Assembly (NCBI GenBank): GCA_964016885.1
Contig: OZ024743.1
Location: forward strand, 95,170,001 to 95,234,000
Direction of reading: 5' to 3'
Source of the DNA: Eledone cirrhosa
Taxonomy: Eukaryota
Length of the DNA: 64,000 nucleotides
Part shown: one piece after another, positions 13,381 through 25,929 of the stretch
Layout: the number at the start of each line of letters is the position of its first letter
Numbering within the stretch: the first letter of the stretch is position 1
Translations under genes and position numbers: made by a program
The notes under the pieces: model-generated
What the model was told of the DNA's origin: nothing
What the model saw: the letters and a program-made list of their open reading frames with translations, nothing else
The model's database searches: none

Positions 13381-16300
13381 ACCACAGCCCTTCACCTCCT
13401 GTGTTACAATACACTGTCTACCACAGCCCTTCACCTCCTGTGTTACAATACACTGTCTACCATAGCCCTTCACCTCCTGTGTTACAATACACTGTCTACC
13501 ACACCCTCCACCTCCTGTGTTACAATACACTGTCTACCATAGCCCTTCACCTCCTGTGTTACAATACACTGTCTACCACAGCCCTTCACCTCCTGTGTTA
13601 CAATACACTGTCTAACATAGCCCTTCACCTCCTGTGTTACAATACACTGTCTACCACAGCCCTTCACCTCCTGTGTTACAATACACTGTCTACCACAGCC
13701 CTTCACCTCCTGTGTTACAATACACTGTCTACCATAGCCCTTCACCTCCTGTGTTACAATACAGTGTCTACCACAGCCCATCACCCCCTGTGTTACAATA
13801 CACTGTCTACCACAGCCCTTCACCTCCTGTGTTACAATACACTGTCTACCACAGCCCTTCACCTCCTGTGTTACAATACACTGTCTACCACAGCCCTTCA
13901 CCCCCTGTGTTACAATACACTGTCTACCACAGCCCTTCACCTCCTGTGTTACAATACACTGTCTACCATAGCCCTTCACCTCCTGTGTTACAATACAGTG
14001 TCTACCACAGCCCATCACCTCCTGTGTTACAATACACTGTCTACCACAACCCTTCACCTCCTGTGTTACAATACACTGTCTACCACAGCCCTTCACCTCC
14101 TGTGTTACAATACACTGTCTACCATAGCCCTTCACCTCCTGTGTTACAATACACTGTCTACCACAGCCATTCACCTCATGTGTTACAATACACTGTCTAC
14201 CATAGCCCTTCACCTCCTGTGTTACAATACACTGTCTACCACAGCCCTTCACCTCCTGTGTTACAATACACTGTCTACCATAGCCTTTCACCTCCTGTGT
14301 TACAATACAGTGTCTACCACAGCCCATCACCTCCTGTGTTACAATACACTGTCTACCACAGCCCTTCACCTCCTGTGTTACAATACACTGTCTACCACAG
14401 CCCTTCACCTCCTGTGTTACAATACACTGTCTACCACAGCCCTTCACCTCCTGTGTTACAATACACTGTCTACCATAGCCCTTCACCTCCTGTGTTACAA
14501 TACACTGTCTACCACAGCCCCTCACCTCCTGTGTTACAATACACTGTCTACCACAGCCCTTCACCTCCTGTGTTACAATACACTGTCTACCACAGCCCTT
14601 CACTTCCTGTGTTACAATACACTGTCTACCATAGCCCTTCACCTCCTGTGTCACAATACAGTCTACCACAGCCCTTCTCCTCCTGTGTTACAATACACTG
14701 TCTACCATAGCCCTTCACCTCCTGTGTCACAATACAGTCTACCACAGCCCTTCACCTCCTGTGTTACAAATCAGTGATTACCACAGGACTTCACCTCCTG
14801 TGTTACAATACAGAATTTACCACAGGCCTTCACCTCATGTGTTAGCATACAGTGTCTACCACAGGCCTTCACCTCCTGTTACAATACAGTGTCTCCCGCA
14901 GCCCTTCACCTCCTCTGTTACAATACAGTGTCTACCGCAGCCCTTCACCTTCTGTGTTACAATACAGTGTCTACCACACCACTTCACCTCCTGTGTTACA
15001 ATACAGTGTCTACCACAGGCCTTCACCTCCTGTGTTACAATACCGTGTCTACCGCAGCCCTTCACCTCCTGTGTTACAATACACCGTCTACCACACCCCT
15101 TCAACTCCTGTGTTACAATACACTGTCTACCACACCCCTTCACCTCCTGTGTTACAATACAGTGTCTACCACACTCCTTCACCTCCTGTGTTACAATACA
15201 GTGTCTACCACACCACTTCACCCACTGTGTTACAATATAGTGTCTACCGCACCCCTTCACCACCTGTGTTACAATACAGTGTCTACGACACCCTTCACCT
15301 CCTGTGTTATAATACAGTGTCTACCACACCCCTACACCTCCTGTGTTACAATACAGTGCCTACCACACCCCTTCACCTCCTGTGTTACAATACAGTGTCT
15401 ACCACACCCCTTCACCTCCTGTGTCACAATACAGTGTCTACCACACCACTTCATCTCCTGTGTTACAATACAGTGTCTACCACATCCCTTCAGCGACTGT
15501 GTTACAATACAGTGTCTACCACACCCTCCACCTTCTGTGTTACAATAAGTGTCTACCACAGCCCTTCACCTCCTGTGTTACAATATACTGTCTACCACAC
15601 CCCTTCACCGCCTGTGTTACAATACACTGTGTACCATACCCTCCACCTCCTGTGTTACAATACAGTGTCTACCACACCCTCCACCTCCTGTGTTACAATA
15701 CAGTGTCTACCACAGCCCTTCACCTCCTGTGTTACAATACACTGTCTTCCACACCCCTTCACCTCCTGTGTTACAATACAGTGTCTACCACACCACTTCA
15801 CCTCCTGTGTTACAATACACTGTCTACCACAGCCCTTCACCTCCTGTGTTACAATACAGTGTCTACCACACCACTTCACCCACTGTGTTACAATACACTG
15901 TCTACTACAGCCCTTCACCTCCTGTGTTACAATACAGTGTCTACCACACCCCTTCACCTCCTGTGTTACAATACAGTGTCTACCACACCCCCACCTCCCG
16001 TGTTACAATACAGTGTCTACCACACCCTCCACCTCCTGTGTTACAATACAGTGTCTACCACACCCCTTCACCTCCTGTGTTACAATACAGTGTCTACCAC
16101 ACCCTCCACCTCCTGTGTTACAATACAGTCTCTACCACACCCTCCACCTCCTGTGTTACAATACACTGTCTACCACACCCTCCACCTCCCGTGTTACAAT
16201 ACAGTGTCTACCACACCCTCCACCTCCTGTGTTACAATACAGTCTCTACCACACCCTCCACCTCCTGTGTTACAATAAAGTGTCTACCACACCCCTTCAC

Positions 16301-16820
16301 CTCCTGTGTTACAATACAGTGTCTACCACACACCTTCACATCCTGTGTTACAATACACTGTCTACCACATCCTCCATCTCTGTGTTACAATACAGTGTCT
16401 ACAACACCACTTCACCTCCTGTGTTACAATACAGTGTCTACCACACCACTTCACCTCCTGTGTTACAATACAGTGTCTACCACACCACTTCACTCACTGT
16501 GTTACAATACACTGTCTACCACACCCCTTCACCTCCTGTGTTACAATACCGTGCCTACCACACCCTCCACCTCATGTGTTACAATACAGTGTCTACCACA
16601 CCACTTCACCCACTGTGTTACAATGCAGTGTCTACCACACCACTTCACCCACTGTGTTACAATGCAGTGTCTACCACACCCCTTCACCTCCTGTGTTACA
16701 ATACCGTGCCTACCACACCCTCCACTTCCTGTGTTACAATACACTGTCTACCACACCACTTCACCCACTGTGTTACAATACACTGTCTACCACACCACTT
16801 GATCCACTGTGTTACAATAC
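13381..16820. repeat. 39-bp minisatellite (accacagcccttcacctcctgtgttacaatacactgtct)n
   Basis: Roughly 88 tandem units, no spacers; 39 bp = 13 codons explains the long repetitive ORFs. Confidence 0.95.
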
Positions 16821-17780
16821 GGATGACTTTATTTTTCCTCTCTGTATTCCTACCTCGATATAATAAAGTACCAGGCAAACTGGGGTGTCGACGAACGCAT
16901 GAAATACTCGTCACTGAAACCTTGTAGGTGCAGTTTTACTTTTATGTTGCTATTTCTCTTTTTCTTTAATATTTAGTTAGCACATGTATAGAGGAAGAGG
17001 AAAGAGTACATCCTAAAAATGTAGAAGACCTGGTCCGTTTAGTTGCACCAGAGTCAACGTCGCTGATGTCACCCAACGACCAAGTAGCTTTGTGTTAAAT
17101 CAAACAATAACGCAAGAGTACAGAGAGCTAGAACAAATATCGCAATGTATTTCGTTCTACACTCTAACGACTCTCACACTTCGCTGCATATATGTATAAT
17201 ATGTGTGAACATACCCACACCGCTAGAAGTATGTAAGTGTGTATTAATGAATGGAACAACAATATTTATAATCTAAATCTATAAAGGTCAGTGCACAGTT
17301 TTGGTTACTGAATGTACGAATGCTACCCTGGATATAAAGATATTATCATCCAGTGATTATGAAGACACTATCGCATTTCTGACAGAAATCCATTGAAAGG
17401 ATTCTGCAGCAGAAAACAATTACTATGCACCAGCAAATAAAGATAAAATGTAAAACAACCAGAAAAGAATTTGACGTTTTCAGTTGGAATAATGAGTGAA
17501 GACATTCAGTGATGGGAAGATATGATGATATTAGGTCCTCATGATAGAAGTGAAATATTAAAATTCTAATCATAAAGAAGTAATAATCATACAAACTAAA
17601 ATCATAATTAAAGTAAAGAAAAGTAAGACTGCAGGACACACTGGGAATTACTGAGAAGAGAAGATAAATAGAAAACATGCTTTGAGTATTAGGAAAAAAA
17701 AATGATGAATTAAAGAAGACATACAGAAAAATAGATAGATAGATAGTGGTATGAATGGATAGATATATGGATAGATGCAT

Positions 17781-17824
<44 letters not shown>

Positions 17825-19103
17825 ATGGATAGCTAGAGAAGGAATGCTGAGGTAAAGAAGCAACAGATGTGTTTGAAAGAAATGAAAAGTTAAGCAAAAG
17901 AGAAGATTTATGTCGAAAACGATGATGGAAAAGATGTAGATGATGTGTAAATAAAATAATATCAGTGGGTGTGTAGAGGTGGTAACGATTGACTTAAAAG
18001 GAAGATATGGAAATCTAATCTAAAGAGGAAGAAAAAAAATGAATACAAGAGAAGTGACAGTAAAGAGATGTAGTAGACCTAGTGGAAAAGAAAGTATAGA
18101 GATGTGGTAGATAATGAAGAAGAAAGAGACATGGTAGAAAAGGTGAGAGAGAGAGGGGTGGGGAGAGAGGGGGGAGACGGGGAGACGGAGAGAGAGAGAG
18201 AGAGGGAGGAGAGAGATAGGGGAGCGAGAGGGAGAGAGAGAGTAAATATATATATAGCAAGATAGTGAATAAGTTAAGAGATTTGATAGAAAAAGTGAAA
18301 GAGAGAGAAAGAGGGGAGAAAGAAAGAAAGAATGAAAGAAAGAGAGAAAGAAAGAAAGAAAGGGAAAGAGAGAAATGAAGAAAGAAAGAAAGCGGGGTAG
18401 AGAAAGAGTAAAGATATATGATAGATAGAAGATAGGAAAGAAGAGGCTTTCGTTTCATGACAGTTTATCTGATTTGAAAACTTAAGACATGCTACAAGAT
18501 TAACTGGTAATTTTGGATTAAGCTGCTATAGCTAAGATTGTCAGTTATCTAAGATCCACTGCTTTCTAAAGAGCAAGACGTGGACTATGAATTGCTAGAA
18601 TGGACACTCATTTACACTTATATACACTTATATACACTTATAGACATACACGCATACACATACATGCCCTAACCACTAACACACATTCCATATACACTTA
18701 CATAGGCACGTGTATATTAGTATATTGTGTGTTTGGACCTCCGTCGCATACGACGATGAATGTTTCAATTGTTTAACCAGCGGAGCAGCCTGCATGTTCA
18801 CTGTGTATGACAAAGACACGTGTAATCTTAACGTAGTTCTCAATGAGAGTCAGTGTGTGACAAAGCTGTTCTTTTGAATTAAAGATACAACATATTTTGT
18901 GGACTACGTGAATTAAAGTTTCCTGCCCAAGGAACGAGCCGTGGGAAATCGGGTTCCCGGCCATACAACCCTGATCCGAATATACATATATATATATATG
19001 AATGTATGTATGTTTGTGTAAGTGCGGATTAATTACAAAGTATGTTTATACATGCTCTTATATCTTAATATTCATTTGTATATACTAATATAAGCTTGAG
19101 TGT

Positions 19104-19144
<41 letters not shown>

Positions 19145-19145
<1 letters not shown>

Positions 19146-19625
19146 GATATTAAATAAATGGAAACTATATTTATAAAACCATATTTATTTCATTATATAT
19201 ATTTCAGGGATATCATATTAAAAATATGTTATGCCTTCTTCAGACAAAATACAATATAAACAGTCTTATAAATAGATAGATTCGACATACCTTTCAACTT
19301 CGACTTCTATTTGAAAAGTTGATTTGGTAGTTATATATATATGTATATTCGGATCAGGGTTTTCAAATAGAAGTCGAAGTTGAAAGGTATGTCGAATCTA
19401 TCTATTTATAAGACTGTTTATATTGTATTTTGTCTGAAGAAGGCATAACATATTTTTAATATGATATCCCTGAAATATATATAATGAAATAAATATGGTT
19501 TTATAAATATAGTTTCCATTTATTTAATATCGTAAATATACTCCAAATACTTGTTGAGTGCTTTTATATCAGTTATAAATATTTACTCGTTGTTAACCCA
19601 ACAATTTAAATAAAACTTTGCATAT
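19145..19625. mobile_element. Family B palindromic pLTR pair
   Basis: 19145-19316 inverted at 19362-19533; CTGAAGA hammerhead in each arm; (TA)n at both ends. Confidence 0.8.
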
Positions 19626-19756
19626 ATATATATATATATATATGAATGTATGTATATTTGGCAATATACTGTAAGTTTAATTTAAAACATTTAGAAGACC
19701 ATACGCTATCAGTTTTAAAGTAGTGAGTATGTCTCTTACTTCATTTCGGTGAAGGA

Positions 19757-19799
<43 letters not shown>

Positions 19800-19944
19800 A
19801 CACTCAAGCTTATATTAGTATATACAAATTAATATTAAGATATAAGACCATGTATAAACATACTTTGTAATCAATACGCACTTACACAAACACGCACATA
19901 AATACAGAGAGAGAGAGAGAGAGGGAGAGAGAGAGAGAGAGAGA

Positions 19945-19987
<43 letters not shown>

Positions 19988-20354
19988 GCACACACCCATA
20001 AAAAATCGCAACAATGTCTAAGAAGTACTGGATCCAAACCTCCACACCAAAATCCACCAAAAATATATAATGAAACAGAACAAAATAAGTAAATGCAGAA
20101 TATATGGATCTAGGGAAAAATAATTAGCCACTTAACAACACTGACTCTCACTTCCCAGTCTTCGTCCCAAAATTAATTCCCTCACATTTTTCGATCTTTT
20201 TACAGATATACAATCATCAACATTTTAACATATTTCTATAGATACATATATTTTTCATACACTTATATATATATTATAATTGCGACCATAGTTCATAGTA
20301 AAATATTGCTAACAAAGTCTCTCCCCAATTTACGATTTTCCATTGCTCTTGGCA

Positions 20355-20480
20355 ACCCCTCCCTGTGTGAGCCCCGCGAGTTGGAGTGGCTTTTCCAGCG
20401 CGTCTCCTTTGCCGTCCTGCGGGGAAAACCTTCTCCATTCTATCCGCCGGGGCTGTGGATGGGCCCCATCGCGTACCGTT
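20355..20480 (+). mobile_element. CRE-clade retrotransposon 3' end fragment
   Basis: EPRELEWLFQRVSFAVLRG, the QRxS.A..RGNA terminal motif; another remnant at ~36400-36490. Confidence 0.6.
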
Positions 20481-20758
20481 GTAGTTGTTGTATACAGATA
20501 TTATATTACGTTGTAGTAGAAGCTGATATATATATGTCGTCTTCAGTATTAGAATGACAATCAAGATGTATAAATATTCATATCTGATGATCTAAAATAT
20601 ATTAAATAATAATTCTTCTAATTAAATGTGCAGAGTAAAGCCGTATACGTTCACGTACATTTATGACTTTTTGCGAGATCGCTGAAAGAATCGAATGTTA
20701 TTATTAATATTCGAAAGACTCAGATTACATTTATTGTATTCAGCTATGTAGAGCGAAC

Positions 20759-20800
<42 letters not shown>

Positions 20801-20860
20801 GAGTTAAACAAGATTCAATGAGTACATCGAAGAATGAGTTAGTTTTACAGTAGATTGAAA

Positions 20861-20962
<102 letters not shown>

Positions 20963-21022
20963 TAAAATAACAGATTAAAGTTTAAGCCCTCTTTGGATTT
21001 TAGTCTTCAAATTTATTATTAT

Positions 21023-21084
<62 letters not shown>

Positions 21085-21086
<2 letters not shown>

Positions 21087-21218
21087 CAAAGGAATTGTGG
21101 TAAGGAACCAGATGGACCATAACGCACCAGAGTACTCAATACTTAGGGTAGTAGAGTGGGAGATAGGAAAAAGTATGACCCCGATTGCAGAGCTCAAGCC
21201 GTAGGGGTCATACTTTTT

Positions 21219-21221
<3 letters not shown>
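21085..21221. mobile_element. Family A fold-back copy
   Basis: Arm followed by short inverted ggggtcatactttttccta, between (TA)n tracts. Confidence 0.7.
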
Positions 21222-21273
<52 letters not shown>

Positions 21274-21689
21274 ATAAATACAGTAAATCGTGTGTCCAAA
21301 ATTACGAGGGTTGAAATACCGCATTTGTTTGAGAATATTATTAAAATGTTCAGTATTTATACTTTGAGCTTGTTAAATACAGGGTATCAGTATGAGTTAT
21401 TAACTCTGCCTTTTATTTGTATATATATATATATATATATATACGTTGCAACCGAATGAAAATAGGAAGACGATACTTTGGTTTGTGAAGACGTTCCCTG
21501 GCAATGAACGGAAAAAAGCGAAGATAATACGTCGTTTAGGGTGAAAGCAGCGATTCTTTGCTTAACTTTAACCTGTTATTTTAATAAATATTTGGTCTAC
21601 GGTTCTTATGTATTTGATATATATTTATCCTTATCGAATTTTAGTCTTCACATTTATTATTATTACTAATATATATATATATATATTTG

Positions 21690-21767
<78 letters not shown>

Positions 21768-21882
21768 TATATGATTTTTAATGCGATGAAATACCCATGA
21801 TCGTTTGGTAAATCACTGATGAGGGACTCATTTTATAACATGTTATCCATGTGCAACCAGCAGTATTCTTCTCACCCATATT

Positions 21883-21921
<39 letters not shown>

Positions 21922-22104
21922 AGAATATTTTCGAAACACCGAGTGGGTTTGAAATTATTAGAAACGTAAGTTATCGCCGTATTTTGACTAAAGAAATTAA
22001 AGAAATTATTTAGCCTTTTTTCATTTCTCCGAGGGTTCTTAACCCCACTATCAGGCTAAATAATTTCTTTAATTTCTTTAGTCAAAATACGGCGATAACT
22101 TACA

Positions 22105-22139
<35 letters not shown>

Positions 22140-22143
<4 letters not shown>

Positions 22144-22640
22144 AAACTGAGGATGTCTGTCTGTGTGTGTGTGTGAGTTTGAATCCCTAAAACTAGAGAA
22201 CCACCCAACCGGCTGTTTTCAAACTTTACACATGTAATACGTATGTTTCAGGGAGTGTTCTGAGCAAAAAATATATATATATACATATATATCTAAAACA
22301 GAGAATGTCTGTCTGTCTGACTCCCTAAAACTCAAGAACCACCCAACCGATTGTTTTCAAATTTTACACATGTAAAATACTTAAGGTCCTGTGAATGTTT
22401 TAAGAAAAGAATTTTCAAATTTTCAATGCCCTAGGGACCACATTAGGCGATTTAGCGATGTCTCTCTATAATTCTTAGTCTTTCCCTTTTTAGATAGATA
22501 CATACATATAACATCGCACCCTTATAATATCTGTCTGTATGTCTGGCTGTCTGCATTACGTCACTTCCTACAATTCGCTCTGCGTCTAGAACGCGCGCTT
22601 ATAATAATATATGTCTGTATGTCTGCCTGCCTGCTGCCTC
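22140..22640 (+). mobile_element. Two tandem non-autonomous Helitron 5' ends
   Basis: aaaac.gag.atgtctgtctg..ccctaaaact.gagaaccacccaaccg twice; reverse complement of ~3240-3487. Confidence 0.6.
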
Positions 22641-22941
22641 CGGTTATTCAGCCACCCTTGCTCAAGACCAATCTCATACTCACTCCCCAAACAGTTGGTA
22701 AGAGCACAACACTTCTTCACGTTTTAAGCCACAGTGTTGCTTGCTTACGTACCACCAGACCCTTACTTCTTTGCCAGCCGTGGTTGTGGCAATACTAAGC
22801 TTAGCTAAGGTGGTTATATATTTCACAATACCTTATCCCGTGCAACGCCGGATGCCACTGGTAGTGTATTATATGTATATTTATTTATATATGTGTGTGT
22901 GTAGATATATATATATATATCATATATGTGTATATATGTAC

Positions 22942-23029
<88 letters not shown>

Positions 23030-23169
23030 ATATATATGTATACATGCATATGTATGAGTGTATATATATATATACATATATATATACACATTACACCACC
23101 TTCACCACTAATTGATTGGACAGATGTTTTTAACCCATTGATATCAAACATTATTTGGTCAGTAGATAG

Positions 23170-23356
23170 TGCGGTGAATTGGCAGTATCGGTAGAGGGTC
23201 GGACATGCTTTCCAGCATAGTTACGTCCCTTTACGATCTGAATTCAAATCCCGCCGAGGTTAACTTTGCCTTTCATCCTTACGGAGTCGATAAAATAAAG
23301 TACCAGTAATGTACTGCGATAATTGCTGGCCTTGTGCCAAAAGTAGAAACAATTAT
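23170..23356 (+). mobile_element. OK-like SINE with target-site duplication
   Basis: SINE body flanked by the direct repeat attatttggtcagtag (23150-23165, 23352-23367). Confidence 0.85.
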
Positions 23357-23489
23357 TTGGTCAGTAGTTCGTGTGCATGTGTAAGTATATATATATATAT
23401 ATGCTTGTGTGTGTGTCTATATATATATATAATTTTTTTGTTAAAATAATCAAATTAAATTAATTTAACACTTAGACACACATAGGTAT

Positions 23490-23990
23490 AATAAGGTTCT
23501 TACCAAAGAGCCACAAGATTGACAAGTGGACCCTAAATATGACTAATAGCTCTAGGAAAGGCATGAACGACACCGCATCTTTTTGACTTTGATTTTGAAA
23601 GTAGGTTTATAATTATTAATTTTCATTTCTTTTATTTTATAGCTGTCTCGTGGCCTAGTTGGTGGAGTCATAGACGGTGGTGATCCTGATCTGAGGTTCG
23701 ATCGTGGTTGGGAGTAGGGTCTCTGCAAAACTTTTAAGCTTTTTTTCTATGGGCTGTAAAATAAAAACTGCAAAAGACTACACGTATCTCTCGACCAGGA
23801 TTGAACCCGTCTCTAGTACCTACCGATAGGCTACAGAGACAACTACAAAAAGCGACCGAAAATTCATACTTATAAACCTACTTTCAAAATTTTCAAAGTG
23901 AAGTGGTGTCGTTCATGTCATTCTTAATGTTATTGCTCCTACTTAAGGTCGACTTCTAAATCATTTGGGTGTTCCATAAACTACATCCTC
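23490..23990. mobile_element. Fold-back (MITE-like) element with two convergent tRNA-like cassettes
   Basis: Imperfect inverted arms (catgaacgacacc..ttttgaaagtaggtttataa vs its reverse complement at 23870-23918); A/B-box-like motifs on each arm. Confidence 0.55.
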
Positions 23991-24098
23991 GTTTTCTTTC
24001 TCATCTATCTAGACTACATTTTAATATTATGTAGTTACATTAACCTAATATATCCCTTCCATATACTGTACCGATTGTGTTGTTATTTCTGTTTAACG

Positions 24099-24189
<91 letters not shown>

Positions 24190-24246
24190 ACAATGTCAAT
24201 TAGGTCCCTAGGGATTTTCTACAAGATGGAAACATGTTATGTATAC

Positions 24247-24318
<72 letters not shown>

Positions 24319-24350
24319 TCATGTACATGCACACATATACACGCGCTGCC

Positions 24351-24384
<34 letters not shown>

Positions 24385-24387
24385 ATA

Positions 24388-25450
24388 AATGAAAGGATTA
24401 CAAAGAGAATACATACTGTTAGAACATGTTTATACAAAAGTACCTACGTACGTTTCGCCCGAAAAGGGCTTCTCAAGGGCATAGAAATCTAGAGAGTGTT
24501 CAGTTCAGGACCCAGGGAGGGTTTTAAGAAGATAATCACATTGAAGTTCATTCTTGATTCAAACAGACATGCTGTTATTGTCACAGAGCAAGGTGAGTAA
24601 CTCTGACCGGTGTTTGAATAAATGTCCCTAAATGGCTTATTATCCGTTCACATGATGGTTGTTTTCCACTACTGTTTTATGGGTTCCACTTTAATGCTGC
24701 CTAGTCCAGCCGGATCTAAGAGGCATACAGTGTACAGATGTTTAGTTATGTAACCTACCCTCCGGCGCGTTATGGTTTGGTGCAGGGGAACCCAGTTTAT
24801 GGTGTTCAGGTCTCAACTGGCGTCCAACCATAGAAAGACTGCTGTATTCTGTGTCTGCAGTTTATCACAGATCTGCTCTGCTGTTGATGAGCTCTGGGGG
24901 TTCTCTTACGATATGGTAAAGTTCCATGAGGTAGAGCTGGCACTTCCTCTTGAAGTTGTACAGTGTTGCCCTGCTGACAATTTCCCAGTATGTGGAGAAG
25001 CTAATGTTGGAGTCTTTCAATGTTGTGATGTAGTTGGCGAGTGACGTGGAGTATCTTAGCTTCTTGTTTCTAAAAAAGTGGAGATGTGTTCGAAATCTAG
25101 TTTTGAACGAGCCAGAGGTGGCCCCTATATAATGCTTGACGCTATTATGGCTAGTTACGGTGCACCTATAAATAACATTATCTGTCAGGCAAATTCCTCT
25201 GAGTGGACAGCTTCCCTGGTCTCTACAGTTGCATTGTCGGCTGCGGTCACTGCCGCTACGGTGGCTCCTAGTGCCCGAAGTAAGGCCTTACTATCGCTAC
25301 CTATGTTATTATCCACGCCACCGCCACTATCACCGTAGTTAGTACTAGTATATCCTGTAGCGCGCGGGGTAGTACCCTTATTACTCCGCACGCCACAGTG
25401 CCCTCTGTTGCCGCCTCGCGACCCGTAAAGGTCACCAGCATGCTCTCCAG
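24388..25450 (-). mobile_element. 5'-truncated Penelope-like element (Naiad-type) GIY-YIG pseudogene + pLTR
   Basis: Minus strand from 25233 reads CNCRDQGSCPLRGICLTDNVIYRCTV..HYIGATSGSFKTRF..H..RYSTSLANYI..LK..WEIV..KCQLYLME; hammerhead at 24441-24480; (TA)n at the 3' end. Confidence 0.85.
24441..24480 (-). ncRNA. Minimal hammerhead ribozyme, U3-A8 variant
   Basis: cc-TTGAGAA-gccc ttttc gggc-GAAA-cgtacg-TA-gg; palindromic helix III. Confidence 0.6.
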
Positions 25451-25489
25451 TTAGCTTCTCCACATACTGGGAAAGTGTCAGCAGGGGAA

Positions 25490-25687
25490 AGTCGATTAAA
25501 TGTACCCCAGTGCGTGACTGGTACTTTATTTTATCGAGCCCCTAAGGATGAAAGGCAAAGTTAATCTCGGCGAGATTTGAACACAGAACGTAAAGGACCA
25601 TAACTCTATGCTGCAAAGCATGGTGTATGACGCTCTACCGATACTGCCAATCCACCACCACCAATAATAATAATAGTAATAATAATT

Positions 25688-25738
<51 letters not shown>

Positions 25739-25921
25739 TGTTTCTACTTTTTGGCACAAGGCCAGCAATTACCCAGTGCATTACTGGTACTTTATTTTAT
25801 CGACCCCGTAAGGATGAAAGGCAAAGTAACCTCGGTGGGATTTGAACTCAGAATGGCAAGGGCCGTAACTATATGCATCAAAGCATGGCGTCAGACCCTC
25901 TACCGATACTGCCAATCCACA
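25490..25921 (-). mobile_element. Two tandem OK-like SINEs separated by (TAA)n
   Basis: Copies at 25490-25662 and 25735-25921. Confidence 0.85.
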
Positions 25922-25929
25922 ATAATAAT

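Noticed and set aside
13381-16927. Long ORFs (up to 691 aa) and CRISPR-like periodicity
   Set aside because: Pure tandem 39-bp repeat with no unique spacers or cas genes; ORFs are open in several frames only because the unit is 13 stop-poor codons.
21815-21850. CTGATGAG hammerhead core
   Set aside because: No stem II closing onto a GAAA nearby.
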